DNA from: an uncultured Solirubrobacteraceae bacterium
GTDB lineage: Bacteria; Actinomycetota; Thermoleophilia; Solirubrobacterales; Solirubrobacteraceae
Length of the DNA: 64,000 nucleotides
Reading direction: 5' to 3'
Assembly (NCBI GenBank): GCA_963771085.1
Contig: CAVYSB010000002.1
Span: 448,917 to 512,916 of the forward strand
Shown here: piece after piece, positions 8,888-18,343 of the stretch
How the letters are laid out: each line of letters opens with the position of its first letter
Numbering within the stretch: the stretch's first letter is position 1
Notes under the pieces: model-generated
Told to the model about the DNA's origin: nothing
What the model saw: the letters and a program-made list of their open reading frames with translations, nothing else
Databases searched by the model: none
Position numbers and translations under genes: made by a program

Positions 8888-10315
8888 CTAGGCCCCCGCC
8901 CCTGCGCCTGCTGGTGCCGCGCCACCGGGCTGCCACGACGGTGCGTGAGATCCGAGCGTCGGCACATCCGATGGGTACACCTCGTTGCCGTGGATCGCGT
9001 GATCGCCGATCTCGAGCTCTTCATCGCTCAGTCTCAGCGGCAGGAAGATGCCGATCACCTTCAGGATGATGAATGTCGCCACCGCCGTGTAGGCGATCAC
9101 CCACGCAGCGGCCTCGGCCTGCCAGCGCAACAGCGTCCAGCCGCCGCCGAGCAGCAGGCCCTCCGCACCTGGCAGGTTGGGCGCCCCTCTGACGCCGATG
9201 TACTCGACCACCGCTGGATCGGCCAGCAGCCCGACCAGCAGACCGCCCGCCAGCCCCGCTATGCCGTGCGTGAAGACCACGCCCAGCGTGTCATCCACGT
9301 TCCTGAACGGTCGTACGCGGCTGAGGTAGCGGATTGCCATCCACACGATCGTCGCGTCGACGATCCCGATGATGATCGCGCCCCAGCCGTTGACGAACCC
9401 GGCCGCTGGCGTGATCCCCACGAGGCCCGTGATCATGCCGTTGACCGCTCCGATCATGGACGGCTTGTCGCGGTAGATGTAGTCCCACATGATCCACACC
9501 ATCATCGCCACCGCGGTGCACAGGTTGGTGTTGATCACGGCCGCCGAGGCGTCAGCACCGGCGTAGTAGGAGTCCCCACCGTTGAAGCCGTTCCAGCCGA
9601 GCCACAGCAGACCGGCGCCGACCGCCAGCATCAGCAGGTTGTTCGGCGCATCGACCTCTCGATCTCGTTGCAGACGTGGACCGATCACCGCCGCGAACAC
9701 GAACCCTGAGACCCCCGCAGACAGGTGGATCACATATCCACCGGAGTAGTCCAGGGCGCCGTGGGCCGCGAAGTAGCCGCCGCCCCACAGCAGGAACGCG
9801 TTGACCGCGTAGACGAACGTGATCCACAGCGCCACGTAGGGAATCCACGCCTTGAAGTTGACGCGCCCCAGCACCGATCCCAGCGCCAGGATCGGCGTGA
9901 TCGCGGCGAACACGAACTGGAAGTACACCAGCGAGGCCTCCGGGAAGTGGAACGGCGGCCCCGTCGTGATCGACTGGATTTCCGCCTGGGCCTCCTCGCC
10001 GGTGTGGCTGAGCACGCTGCCCGGTTCACCGAGGAACGTCCCCAGGAATCCTTTGGTCCCAAAGATGCCCGACCCGCTGTGTGCGATCGGATGGCCGAAG
10101 CCCATCTTGAACGCCCACAGGCACCACACGATCAGCGTCACGCAGAACGCCACGAACGTGAGCATCATGGCGTTGACCGACCAGCGCTTCTGCATCACGC
10201 CGCCGTACAGGACCGCCAGGCCGGGCAGGCTCATAAGTCCCACGAACGTCGCCGCGGTCATCTGCCACGCGTTATCCCCTGCGTTCAGCCAACTTGGGTA
10301 TGACAGCCAGGTCAT
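8888..10315 (-). CDS. amt: ammonium transporter (Amt family)
   Basis: GDNAWQMTAATFVGLMSLPGLAVLYGG..., ...AGVSGFVFAAVIGPR and GVVFTHGIAGLAGGLLVGL are Amt signatures. Start at MTWLSY (10315) with a GGAGG SD upstream. Confidence 0.9.
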   Translation of the reverse strand: MTWLSYPSWLNAGDNAWQMTAATFVGLMSLPGLAVLYGGVMQKRWSVNAMMLTFVAFCVTLIVWCLWAFKMGFGHPIAHSGSGIFGTKGFLGTFLGEPGSVLSHTGEEAQAEIQSITTGPPFHFPEASLVYFQFVFAAITPILALGSVLGRVNFKAWIPYVALWITFVYAVNAFLLWGGGYFAAHGALDYSGGYVIHLSAGVSGFVFAAVIGPRLQRDREVDAPNNLLMLAVGAGLLWLGWNGFNGGDSYYAGADASAAVINTNLCTAVAMMVWIMWDYIYRDKPSMIGAVNGMITGLVGITPAAGFVNGWGAIIIGIVDATIVWMAIRYLSRVRPFRNVDDTLGVVFTHGIAGLAGGLLVGLLADPAVVEYIGVRGAPNLPGAEGLLLGGGWTLLRWQAEAAAWVIAYTAVATFIILKVIGIFLPLRLSDEELEIGDHAIHGNEVYPSDVPTLGSHAPSWQPGGAAPAGAGAGA

Positions 10316-10514
10316 GTGCCTCCGTTCCCTACCGTTTGTGGATGAGACGACCCCGAACCACACGCGCGGTCGGGGACGCAGCTGTTGCGCTCCCGCTATG
10401 AAATCCGCACCGTCGATCCGCCGGTAGGGACATCGTGGCCAACACTTCGCCGGTGCCTTTCGACATTTGTCTAGGCGCCCCCGCAGAAGCCGGCGGGCCG
10501 CGACGCGTGGGCCC

Positions 10515-10847
10515 CTAAGGCGTGGCGGGTGCGGCGACGCCGTAGGCGAAACCGGCGCGCCTGCAGGCCTCGCGCAGTTCTTCTTCGACGCCCTTCAACG
10601 CACCGGGCGAGGCGCACATGCTCCTGGCCTGAGCCCCGCACCGGTGCACGTAGGCACCGCCCAGCGTGCTCGCAAACGTGACGCTGATGCAGTCCGCACG
10701 CGCGGGCGCGCCGCTCGTCAGCGCGTAGGCCCCGAGCGCCACGGCCGCCAGCGCCACGCAGCTGAGCAGCACAGCGACGACCGTGCGCTCACGCCGCCCC
10801 CACTGCAGCGGCTGCGACAGCCGCCGCGACTGATCCTGCATGATCAT
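10515..10847 (-). CDS. hypothetical membrane-anchored protein
   Basis: One TM segment (VVAVLLSCVALAAVALGAYAL) followed by a Cys-containing domain. Codon usage is plausible. No family recognised. Confidence 0.4.
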   Translation of the reverse strand: MIMQDQSRRLSQPLQWGRRERTVVAVLLSCVALAAVALGAYALTSGAPARADCISVTFASTLGGAYVHRCGAQARSMCASPGALKGVEEELREACRRAGFAYGVAAPATP

Positions 10848-10859
10848 GACGCGAGCAGG

Positions 10860-11360
10860 CTACTGGGAGCCGGCGGCCGGCTCGGCCTCGGACTGGGCGT
10901 CCTCGCTGCCCGCTGCCGCGGGCTGGAAGGCCAGCGCGGCCGAGTTGATGCAATAGCGCTGGCCGTCGGGGCCGGGCCCGTCGTCGAAGACATGGCCCAG
11001 GTGCCCGCCACAGGTGCGGCAGAGGACCTCGGTGCGGCGCATGAAGAGGCTATTGTCGGGGCGCAGATCGACGGCCTCGGCGACCGCGGGCTCGGTGAAG
11101 CTCGGCCAGCCCGTGCCGGACTCGAACTTGGTGTCCGCGCTGAACAGCATCGCGCCGCAGGCCGCGCAGCGGTAGTCCCCGGAGTCCTTGTTGTAGACGT
11201 ACTCGCCGGTGAAGGGCGGCTCGGTGCCGGCCCTGCGCAGCACCTCATACTGCTCGGGCGTCAGCTCCGCGCGCCACTGCTCCTCGGACTTCACGACCTT
11301 TGCCTGCTCGCCGCTCACACGTGATGTTCTAGCACCCAGATCGCGCTCCGTCCAGCACAC
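10860..11360 (-). CDS. msrB: peptide-methionine (R)-S-oxide reductase MsrB
   Basis: [25 protein letters not shown] and [22 protein letters not shown] are SelR/MsrB motifs. The exact start is uncertain. Confidence 0.9.
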   Translation of the reverse strand: MCWTERDLGARTSRVSGEQAKVVKSEEQWRAELTPEQYEVLRRAGTEPPFTGEYVYNKDSGDYRCAACGAMLFSADTKFESGTGWPSFTEPAVAEAVDLRPDNSLFMRRTEVLCRTCGGHLGHVFDDGPGPDGQRYCINSAALAFQPAAAGSEDAQSEAEPAAGSQ

Positions 11361-11434
11361 CGCGCCGCCGCCGGTGCTATCATGATCTTTACGTTCACGT
11401 CAGCTTTTCGTTCGACCCCGAGGAGCGAATCGAG

Positions 11435-13009
11435 TTGAGCACCGCCACCGCCGAGCAGGACCCCCGTGCCAGACGCTTCGGCGTGGCCGCCGGGCACGAG
11501 CAGTACCGCTGGTGGGCCCTCTCGTGCACGAGCCTCGGCATGCTGCTCGCGGCGACCAACTCGGGCACGCTGATCATCGCCCTGCCCGACCTCGAGCGCT
11601 CGCTGCACACCAGCCTGCTGGCGCTCGTGTGGGTGATCCTGGCCTACCTGATCGCCGCCACGGTGCTCGTGCTGAGCGCCGGGCGCCTGAGCGACCTGTT
11701 CGGGCGCAAGCGTGCCTACGTGGGCGGCTTCCTGGTGTTCGCCTTCGCCTCGCTGGGGGCCGGCTTCTCCTCCGACGCCAACGTGCTGATCGCCTGGCGC
11801 GTGCTGCAGGGGATCGGCTCGGCATTCCTGTTCGCCAACGCCGCCGCGCTGGTCACCGACGCCTTCCCCAAGGAGCAGCTCGGCCTGGCGATGGGCGCCA
11901 ACACGATGGTCGCGGCGATCGGCCTCGTGCTCGGCCCAGTGCTGGGCGGCGCGCTCGTGGCGATCTCGTGGCACTGGGTCTTCTGGTTCAACGTGCCGCT
12001 CGCACTCGCCGGCGCCGCGTGGGGCGCGCTGGTCCTGCGCGAGCTCGCCAAACCGGACTCCGTGCGCGGCTACGACGTGCTCGGCACCAGCACGTTCGTT
12101 GTCGGCCTCACGGGCCTCGTGCTGGGCGTCTCCAAGGGCGGGCTGAGCGGCTGGGAGGACCCGGTGGTGATCGCCGGCCTGGCAGCTGCCGTACTGCTGC
12201 TGCCGCTGTGGGTGGTCATCGAGAGCCGCTCCAAGGCGCCGATGCTCGACCTGGACATCTTTCGCAGCCGCCTGTTTGCGGCCGCCAGCGCGGCCGCGTT
12301 CATCAACGGGCTCGCGCGCTTCGCGCTGATGTTCCTGTTCGTCTTCTACTTCCAGGGCGCCCAGAGCCACTCGCCGATCACCGCCGGCATCATGCTGATC
12401 CCCCTGGCGCTCGGCATGCTCGTCGCCTCGCCGATCGCCGGCATCTACGCCGACCGCCACGGCTCGCGCGCGCTGGCCGCGATCGGCATGTTCGTGAGCG
12501 CGGCCGGCCTGGCCGCGATGACGACGCTCGAGGTGCACTCCCCCTACTGGCAGTCTGCCCTGTGGCTGCTGATGGTGGGCGTCGGCTCGGGCATGTTCAA
12601 CAGCCCCAACACGGCCGCCATGATGGGCGCCGTACCGGCCTATCGCCGCGGCATCGCCGCAGGTGCGCGCACGCTGCTGCAGAACACCGGGGCGGTGCTC
12701 TCGATCGCCTTCGTGCTCGCGATCATCACCGCGGCCGTGCCCAAGCCCACGCTGTTCGCCGTCTTCTCCGGCCTCGCCAAAGGCCTCTCCGATCAGAAGC
12801 TCGCGCCGTTCATCGCCAACATGCACGCCGCGCTGTGGGCGCTGGCGGCCGTCTCGCTGCTGGGAACCGTCGTCTGCCTGCTGCGCCCGGCCCACGTCCC
12901 GGTTGTGCTCGAGGATGATCTCGAGGCCCGCGGCGAGGCGCAGCTGCGCGCCGCTCGCGTGAGCGAGCGCGAGGTCACGCCCTCCCCCTCCCCCGCCGCT
13001 ACGCCCTGA
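11435..13009 (+). CDS. MFS transporter, DHA2 (EmrB/QacA-like, 14-TMS) family
   Basis: LPDLERSLHTS...WVILAYLIAATVLVLSAGRLSDLFGRKR and the overall hydrophobic 14-TMS layout fit DHA2. TTG start with a GAGGAG SD. Confidence 0.85.
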   Translation: MSTATAEQDPRARRFGVAAGHEQYRWWALSCTSLGMLLAATNSGTLIIALPDLERSLHTSLLALVWVILAYLIAATVLVLSAGRLSDLFGRKRAYVGGFLVFAFASLGAGFSSDANVLIAWRVLQGIGSAFLFANAAALVTDAFPKEQLGLAMGANTMVAAIGLVLGPVLGGALVAISWHWVFWFNVPLALAGAAWGALVLRELAKPDSVRGYDVLGTSTFVVGLTGLVLGVSKGGLSGWEDPVVIAGLAAAVLLLPLWVVIESRSKAPMLDLDIFRSRLFAAASAAAFINGLARFALMFLFVFYFQGAQSHSPITAGIMLIPLALGMLVASPIAGIYADRHGSRALAAIGMFVSAAGLAAMTTLEVHSPYWQSALWLLMVGVGSGMFNSPNTAAMMGAVPAYRRGIAAGARTLLQNTGAVLSIAFVLAIITAAVPKPTLFAVFSGLAKGLSDQKLAPFIANMHAALWALAAVSLLGTVVCLLRPAHVPVVLEDDLEARGEAQLRAARVSEREVTPSPSPAATP

Positions 13010-13027
13010 GCGCCGAGGACGATCGCC

Positions 13028-13585
13028 ATGGCCAAGCAACCATCCGAGCAGCCGAGCACCGCGAACGCACCCGTCAGCCTGCGCATCGGCGACGTCGCGC
13101 GCCTCGTGGGCACCACGCCGCGCACGATCCGCTACTACGAGGAGATAGGCCTGCTCGCGGAGGCGCCCGCACGGCCCGCCGGCCAGCACCGCCTGTACAC
13201 GATCGCCGAGGTCGAGCGGCTGCGTGAGGTGATGCGCCTGAAGGATCTCCTCGGCGTCTCGCTGGAGGAGCTCAAGACGCTGCTCACGGCCGAGGAGGCG
13301 CGCGCCGAGGTGCGCGCGCAGCTGCGCCGCGAGGATGTCCATCCCGAGCGCCGCCGCCAGCTGCTCGGCGAGGCACTCGGCCACATCGACCGCCAGCTCG
13401 AGCTGGTCCGCCATCGCGCCGGCGAGCTCGCCAAGCTCGAGCACGAGCTGTGCGAGACCCGCAAGCGCGCCCGGCGCAAGATCCGCGAGCTCGACGCGCA
13501 GGCCGTCGGCGCCTTCGCACCCGTCGCCGGCGAGGAGCCAGCCGTGGGCGCCGAGCGCCGCGCGGCCGTCGAGCCCGGGCCCTGA
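13028..13585 (+). CDS. MerR-family transcriptional regulator
   Basis: The N-terminal LRIGDVARLVGTTPRTIRYYEEIGLL is the MerR HTH signature. The C-terminus is coiled-coil. Confidence 0.9.
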   Translation: MAKQPSEQPSTANAPVSLRIGDVARLVGTTPRTIRYYEEIGLLAEAPARPAGQHRLYTIAEVERLREVMRLKDLLGVSLEELKTLLTAEEARAEVRAQLRREDVHPERRRQLLGEALGHIDRQLELVRHRAGELAKLEHELCETRKRARRKIRELDAQAVGAFAPVAGEEPAVGAERRAAVEPGP

Positions 13586-13655
13586 GCGCGGCGCGGCGGA
13601 GGTCCGCAGCAGTCATCGCCCCCAACCACCACCGAGCCGAAGGAGACAGCCGGAG

Positions 13656-14465
13656 ATGACTTCCACGCAGGTCAAGCCCAGCCCCGACGGGGTGCCCGGC
13701 GCGGTCGTCGAGCCCTCCGCGCTGAGCGCCGAGGAGCTCACGTTCCCGGGTGCGCGAGGCACGCCGGTGAACGCCTATCTCTGCCGGCCGGCCAACCCCG
13801 CCAGCCTGCCCGCGATGATCGTGATCCACGAGGCTGGCGGCCTCAACGAGCACATCCGCGACGTGACCGACCGCTTCGCCGCGCTCGGGTGTGTCGCGCT
13901 CGCGGTGGACCTCTACACCCGTGAAGGCGGCCCGCCGCCGGCCGGGGACATGCAGGCGCTCATGGCGCGGCTGTTCGCGATGTCCGACGCGACCGTGCTC
14001 GGCGACCTCGAGGGGGCTGCCGATTTCCTGCGCGCGCGCGAGGATGTATCCGGCAAGCTCGGCTGCGTGGGCTTCTGCATGGGCGGGCGCTACACGCTGT
14101 TGTTCGCCGTCGCCAGCGACCGCCTGGACGCCGCGATCGACTGCTGGGGCGGCTTCATCGACAGGGCCACGCCCGCGGAGCGCTCCACGCCGGAGCGCCC
14201 CACGCCGCCGCTCGAGCACGCCGACAGGCTGCACTGCCCGCTGCTGGCCGCGGTCGGCGCCGAGGACCAGAACCCCTCTCCCGCGATCGCAGAGCAGCTG
14301 CGTGAGCGGGCGGCCGCGAGCGGGCAGGAGGTCCAGGTGGACGTCTACGAGGACGCCGGGCACGCCTTCTTCGCCGACTACCGCCCGACCTACCGCCCGC
14401 CGGCGGCCGCGCGGCTGTGGCAGGAGATCGTGCCCTTCTGCAGGCGCCAGCTGCAGATCGGCTGA
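13656..14465 (+). CDS. dienelactone hydrolase family protein
   Basis: ATG at 13656 preceded by an AAGGAG SD. PAMIVIHEAGGLNEHIRDVTDRFA and GCVGFCMGG (nucleophile elbow) are typical DLH motifs. Confidence 0.85.
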   Translation: MTSTQVKPSPDGVPGAVVEPSALSAEELTFPGARGTPVNAYLCRPANPASLPAMIVIHEAGGLNEHIRDVTDRFAALGCVALAVDLYTREGGPPPAGDMQALMARLFAMSDATVLGDLEGAADFLRAREDVSGKLGCVGFCMGGRYTLLFAVASDRLDAAIDCWGGFIDRATPAERSTPERPTPPLEHADRLHCPLLAAVGAEDQNPSPAIAEQLRERAAASGQEVQVDVYEDAGHAFFADYRPTYRPPAAARLWQEIVPFCRRQLQIG

Positions 14466-14510
14466 GGCAGACCGACCAGCCCGCCGGCTGGTCGCAGACC
14501 CGTTCATATA

Positions 14511-16115
14511 GTGCGGGGGAACAGGCGGACGAGAGCGAGGAGGATCGTGGAGCGCAAATGGTGGACGCTGATCGCGGTGTCGGTCGCGATCTTCATGCTG
14601 CTGCTCGACATCACCGTCGTGAACGTCGCGCTGCCGGCCATCCAGCGCTCCCTGCACTCGAGCTTCCAGGACCTGCAGTGGGTCGTCAACGCCTACTCGC
14701 TGACGCTCGCCGCCTTCCTGCTGACGGCCGGCTCGCTGTCCGATCTGATCGGGCGCCGGCGCGTGTTCGTCATCGGGCTGATCGTCTTCACGCTCTCATC
14801 CGCTGTGTGCGGGCTGTCCTCCAGCCCGTTGATGCTCAACCTCGCCCGTGCCGTGCAGGGGACGGGCGGCGCGATGATGTTCGCAACCTCGCTGGCGCTG
14901 ATCGCACAGGCCTTCCACGGCAAGGAGCGCGGCGTGGCCTTCGGCGTCTTCGGCGGCGTGGTGGGCGCCGCGGTGGCCGTCGGGCCGGTGGTCGGCGGGG
15001 TCATCACCTCGGGGATCGGCTGGGAGTGGATCTTCTTCGTCAACGTGCCCATCGGCATCGTCGCGGTGGCACTCACGCTCACCCAGGTCGGCGAGTCGCG
15101 CGACCCGCAGGCCACGCGTGTGGACTGGGCGGGCCTGTTCACGTTCTCCGGGTCGCTGTTCCTGTTCGTCTTCGCGCTGATCCAGGGCAACGAATACGGC
15201 TGGGGCTCGACGCGCATCGTCAGTTTCCTGGCCGGCGCGGCGGTGCTGATCGTGCTGTTCGTCGTGGTGGAGCTGCGCCAGGCGCGCCCGATGCTCGACC
15301 TGAGCCTGTTCAGGCGCCCCGCCTTCGCCGGCGCGAGCATCGTGGCGTTCACGATCTCGGCATCGATGTTCGCGATGTTCCTCTACCTCACGCTCTACAT
15401 CCAGGACGTGCTCGGCTACGACGCGCTCCAGGCGGGCCTGCGCTTCCTGCCGATCACGCTGCTGTCCTTCGCGGTGGCACCCTTCGCCGGGCGCCTGAGC
15501 GTGCGTATGCCCGTGCGCCTGCTGCTCGGCACGGGCCTGCTGCTCGTCAGCGCCGGGCTGCTGTCGATGAGCGCGCTCGACGCGTCCTCGCAGTGGACGG
15601 TGCTGATCCCCGGGTTCCTGCTCGCCGGCGCGGGCATCGGCATGATCAACCCGCCGCTGGCCTCGACCGCGATCGGCGTTGTGCACTACTCGCGCAGCGG
15701 CATGGCCTCGGGCATCAACAACACCTTCCGCCAGGTCGGTATCGCGACCGGCATCGCCGGCCTCGGTGCCATCTTCCAGCACGACGTCACGCGCGAAACC
15801 ACGGCTGCGCTGGCCGCGAGCGGACCGGGACGCGAGGTGATCGCCTCCGTACACGGCGCGCTCCCCGGCGCACTGGTCTCCGGCGAAGTGCGGGGCCTCG
15901 CCGCGCAGCTCTCGCTCTCCGCGCGCCTGGCGCTCGAGCACTCCTACCGCATCGGCTTCACCTCCGCGCTGAGCAGCATCCTCGTGATCGCGGCGGTCAT
16001 CGCCCTGGTCGGCGCCGTGTGCGCCTTCGTGCTCGTGCGCGGCCGCGACTTCGTCAGCTCGGCCGATCCCGCTGAGCCGCACGAGGGTGCCGAGGCGGAG
16101 GCGGTGGCGGCTTGA
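14511..16115 (+). CDS. MFS transporter, DHA2 family (paralog of 11435..13009)
   Basis: WWTLIAVSVAIFMLLLDITVVNVALPAIQRSL...GSLSDLIGRRR fits a 14-TMS drug:H+ antiporter. The start (GTG 14511 or a downstream GTG) is uncertain. Confidence 0.85.
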   Translation: MRGNRRTRARRIVERKWWTLIAVSVAIFMLLLDITVVNVALPAIQRSLHSSFQDLQWVVNAYSLTLAAFLLTAGSLSDLIGRRRVFVIGLIVFTLSSAVCGLSSSPLMLNLARAVQGTGGAMMFATSLALIAQAFHGKERGVAFGVFGGVVGAAVAVGPVVGGVITSGIGWEWIFFVNVPIGIVAVALTLTQVGESRDPQATRVDWAGLFTFSGSLFLFVFALIQGNEYGWGSTRIVSFLAGAAVLIVLFVVVELRQARPMLDLSLFRRPAFAGASIVAFTISASMFAMFLYLTLYIQDVLGYDALQAGLRFLPITLLSFAVAPFAGRLSVRMPVRLLLGTGLLLVSAGLLSMSALDASSQWTVLIPGFLLAGAGIGMINPPLASTAIGVVHYSRSGMASGINNTFRQVGIATGIAGLGAIFQHDVTRETTAALAASGPGREVIASVHGALPGALVSGEVRGLAAQLSLSARLALEHSYRIGFTSALSSILVIAAVIALVGAVCAFVLVRGRDFVSSADPAEPHEGAEAEAVAA

Positions 16116-16130
16116 ACGCGCACCGTGCGC

Positions 16131-16334
16131 TCAGCGCTCGCGGGGCTGATAGCCGGCGCAGTCGAGCACGGGCAGGCGCGGATAGCGCGGGTAGGCGGGA
16201 TCCGCGCGCGAGCGCTCGCACAGCGAGAAGGTCGAGCCGCGCGTGTTACGCACGCGGCGCTGGTAGGCGCAGCTCTCGCACAGGCCCACCGGCGGGCGCG
16301 CGCGCTGCTGGCCGGGCTGCGGCTCGCTGCTCAT
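16131..16334 (-). CDS. small conserved Cys-containing protein (unknown function)
   Basis: 67 aa. CESCAYQRRVRNTRGSTFSLCERS...YPRYPRLPVLDCAGY resembles a widespread small hypothetical family (recalled from memory). Third-position GC is high. Confidence 0.5.
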   Translation of the reverse strand: MSSEPQPGQQRARPPVGLCESCAYQRRVRNTRGSTFSLCERSRADPAYPRYPRLPVLDCAGYQPRER

Positions 16335-16414
16335 GAGGGGAGCTTAGGAGCCATGCGCCCCCTGCACCCGCCGCCCCGCCATGGGCGCCTGCGATACTCG
16401 TTGTCCATACAACT

Positions 16415-18343
16415 ATGAGTACCTTCTACCGACTTCTCGGGTTCCTACGGCCCTACAAGCGGGGCCTGGGCGCCTCGTGGGCGCTCGCCGGCGCGGCCAT
16501 GATCATGAGCGTTGCGCTGCCGCTGCTCACCGGCCGCGCGGTTGAAGCACTGCGCAAGGGCGCGCTCTACGCCTCCCACCACGAGGCCGACCTGCGCGCC
16601 CACGAGCGCCATCAGCTGGTGGTGCTCGCGCTCGCCATCCTCGCCGCGGTGCTCGTGCGCTGGGTCCTGACCTACTGGCGGCGCATGATCGCGGGCCGCG
16701 TCTCGCTCGGCATCGAATACGACCTGCGCGAGCTGCTCTACGGCCAGCTGCAGCGCCTCGAGCTCGGCTTCTTCGACCACCAGCAGACCGGCCAGCTGAT
16801 GTCGCGCGCCACCGTCGACCTGCAGGCTGTGCGCTTCTTCCTCGGCTACGGCCTGGTGTTCATCCTGCAGTCCATCCTCACGATCGTGCTGGCGGGCGCG
16901 GTGATGATCGCGATCAACCCCACGCTGGGACTCATCTCGCTGGCCCCCGTGCCCTTCGTGATCGTCATCTCCTACCGCTACGGGCGTCGCGCCCGGCCCG
17001 CCATCCAGGAAGTCCAGCAGCGCATCGCCGAGCTCACCGCGGATGCCGAGGAGAACATCTCCGGCGTGCGCGTGGTCAAGGCCTTCGCCCGCGAGCCGCG
17101 TCAGCTGACGCGCTTTCGCACGAGCGTCGGGCGCGTCTTCAGCCAGGCGATGGTGGCCACCCGCCTGGAAGCGATCTACAACCCGGTCATCGGCTTCCTG
17201 CCCCAGCTCGGACTCGCCGCGGTGCTCCTGCTGGGCGGCGAGCGCGTGATCCACGCCGAACTCTCGCTCGGGCAGTTCACGGCCTTCTTCCTCTACCTCA
17301 ACATGCTGATCGCGCCCATGCGCTCGCTGGGCGTGACGCTCAACCTCGCGCAGCGCGCGACCGCCTCGGGCGCGCGCATCTTTCAGCTGCTCGACCGGGC
17401 CCCGCGCCTCAGCTCGCCCCCGGGCGCAGCTCCGCTGCCGCCCGGCAACGGCCACGTGCAGCTGCGCGACGTCTCGCTGCGCTACGAGGACGTCGATGAC
17501 TGGGGTGCCGCCTACTCGCACGCACGCGAGGGCTCCGAGGCACCGCATGCAGCGGCCGCGAGCAGCAACGGGCACGGGCCCGAAAACGGTGCGCGACCAC
17601 CGCGCCACGAGCCGCGCACCGTGCTCGAGGCGGTCGACCTCGACGTGCCCGCTGGGCGGACGGTCGCACTGGTCGGCGCCACCGGCTCGGGCAAGACGAG
17701 CCTGGTCTCGCTGATCTCGCGCCTGTATGACGTCAGCGCCGGCGAGGTCCTGATCGACGGCGCCGACGTCAGGGACGTGGAGCTGCGGTCCCTGCGCCGC
17801 TCGGTGGCCGTCGTCAGCGACGATCCATTCCTGTTCTCCGCCACGGTCGCGGAAAACATCGCCTACGCCCGGCCCGAGGCGAGCACGGAGGAGATCGAAG
17901 CAGCGGCCCGCCGCGCACAGGCGCACGAGTTCGTCTCGCGCCTGCCCGAGGGGTATGACACGCGCGTGGGCGAGCGCGGCCTGACGCTCTCGGGCGGCCA
18001 GCGCCAGCGCCTGGCGATCGCCCGCGCGTTGCTCGCCGATCCCCGCGTGCTGATCCTCGACGACGCGACATCCTCGGTCGACTCCTCCACCGAGCGTCTG
18101 ATCAAGCGAGCGCTCGACGAGGCGATGGCGGGTCGCACCACGCTGATCATCGCCCACCGCCTCTCCACGATCGCGCTCGCCGATGAGATCGTCGTGCTCG
18201 AGCACGGCCGCGTCATCGCCCACGGCGAGCACCACGAACTGCTCGAGGTCTCTGAGCTGTACCGCGAAATCGTGGACAAGGGCCTGCCCGAGCACGTCTT
18301 CCTTACGCGTGTCCCCGCCGAGCGCGAGGTGAGCGGCCTGTGA
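16415..18343 (+). CDS. ABC exporter, fused permease/ATPase subunit (heterodimer partner 1)
   Basis: Six-TM exporter domain plus an NBD with Walker A GATGSGKTS, signature LSGGQRQR and Walker B LILDDATS. GTGA overlap with the next gene. Confidence 0.9.
   Translation: MSTFYRLLGFLRPYKRGLGASWALAGAAMIMSVALPLLTGRAVEALRKGALYASHHEADLRAHERHQLVVLALAILAAVLVRWVLTYWRRMIAGRVSLGIEYDLRELLYGQLQRLELGFFDHQQTGQLMSRATVDLQAVRFFLGYGLVFILQSILTIVLAGAVMIAINPTLGLISLAPVPFVIVISYRYGRRARPAIQEVQQRIAELTADAEENISGVRVVKAFAREPRQLTRFRTSVGRVFSQAMVATRLEAIYNPVIGFLPQLGLAAVLLLGGERVIHAELSLGQFTAFFLYLNMLIAPMRSLGVTLNLAQRATASGARIFQLLDRAPRLSSPPGAAPLPPGNGHVQLRDVSLRYEDVDDWGAAYSHAREGSEAPHAAAASSNGHGPENGARPPRHEPRTVLEAVDLDVPAGRTVALVGATGSGKTSLVSLISRLYDVSAGEVLIDGADVRDVELRSLRRSVAVVSDDPFLFSATVAENIAYARPEASTEEIEAAARRAQAHEFVSRLPEGYDTRVGERGLTLSGGQRQRLAIARALLADPRVLILDDATSSVDSSTERLIKRALDEAMAGRTTLIIAHRLSTIALADEIVVLEHGRVIAHGEHHELLEVSELYREIVDKGLPEHVFLTRVPAEREVSGL

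Noticed and set aside
11361-11434. ACGTtcACGT direct repeat and TATCAT hexamer between msrB and the MFS gene, considered as a MerR-type operator/promoter
   Set aside because: I could not identify a dyad with the 19-20 bp -35/-10 spacing typical of MerR promoters. Left uncalled.
11315-13444. 709-aa ORF on the minus strand, opposite the first MFS transporter and the MerR gene
   Set aside because: Its Arg/Gly/Ala/His-rich composition has no recognisable motifs. It is antisense to a CDS with clear MFS signatures. Long stop-free antisense frames are expected at this GC content.
13284-14657. 457-aa minus-strand ORF opposite the dienelactone hydrolase
   Set aside because: It is antisense to a CDS with a good SD, ATG start and DLH motifs. 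No motifs of its own.
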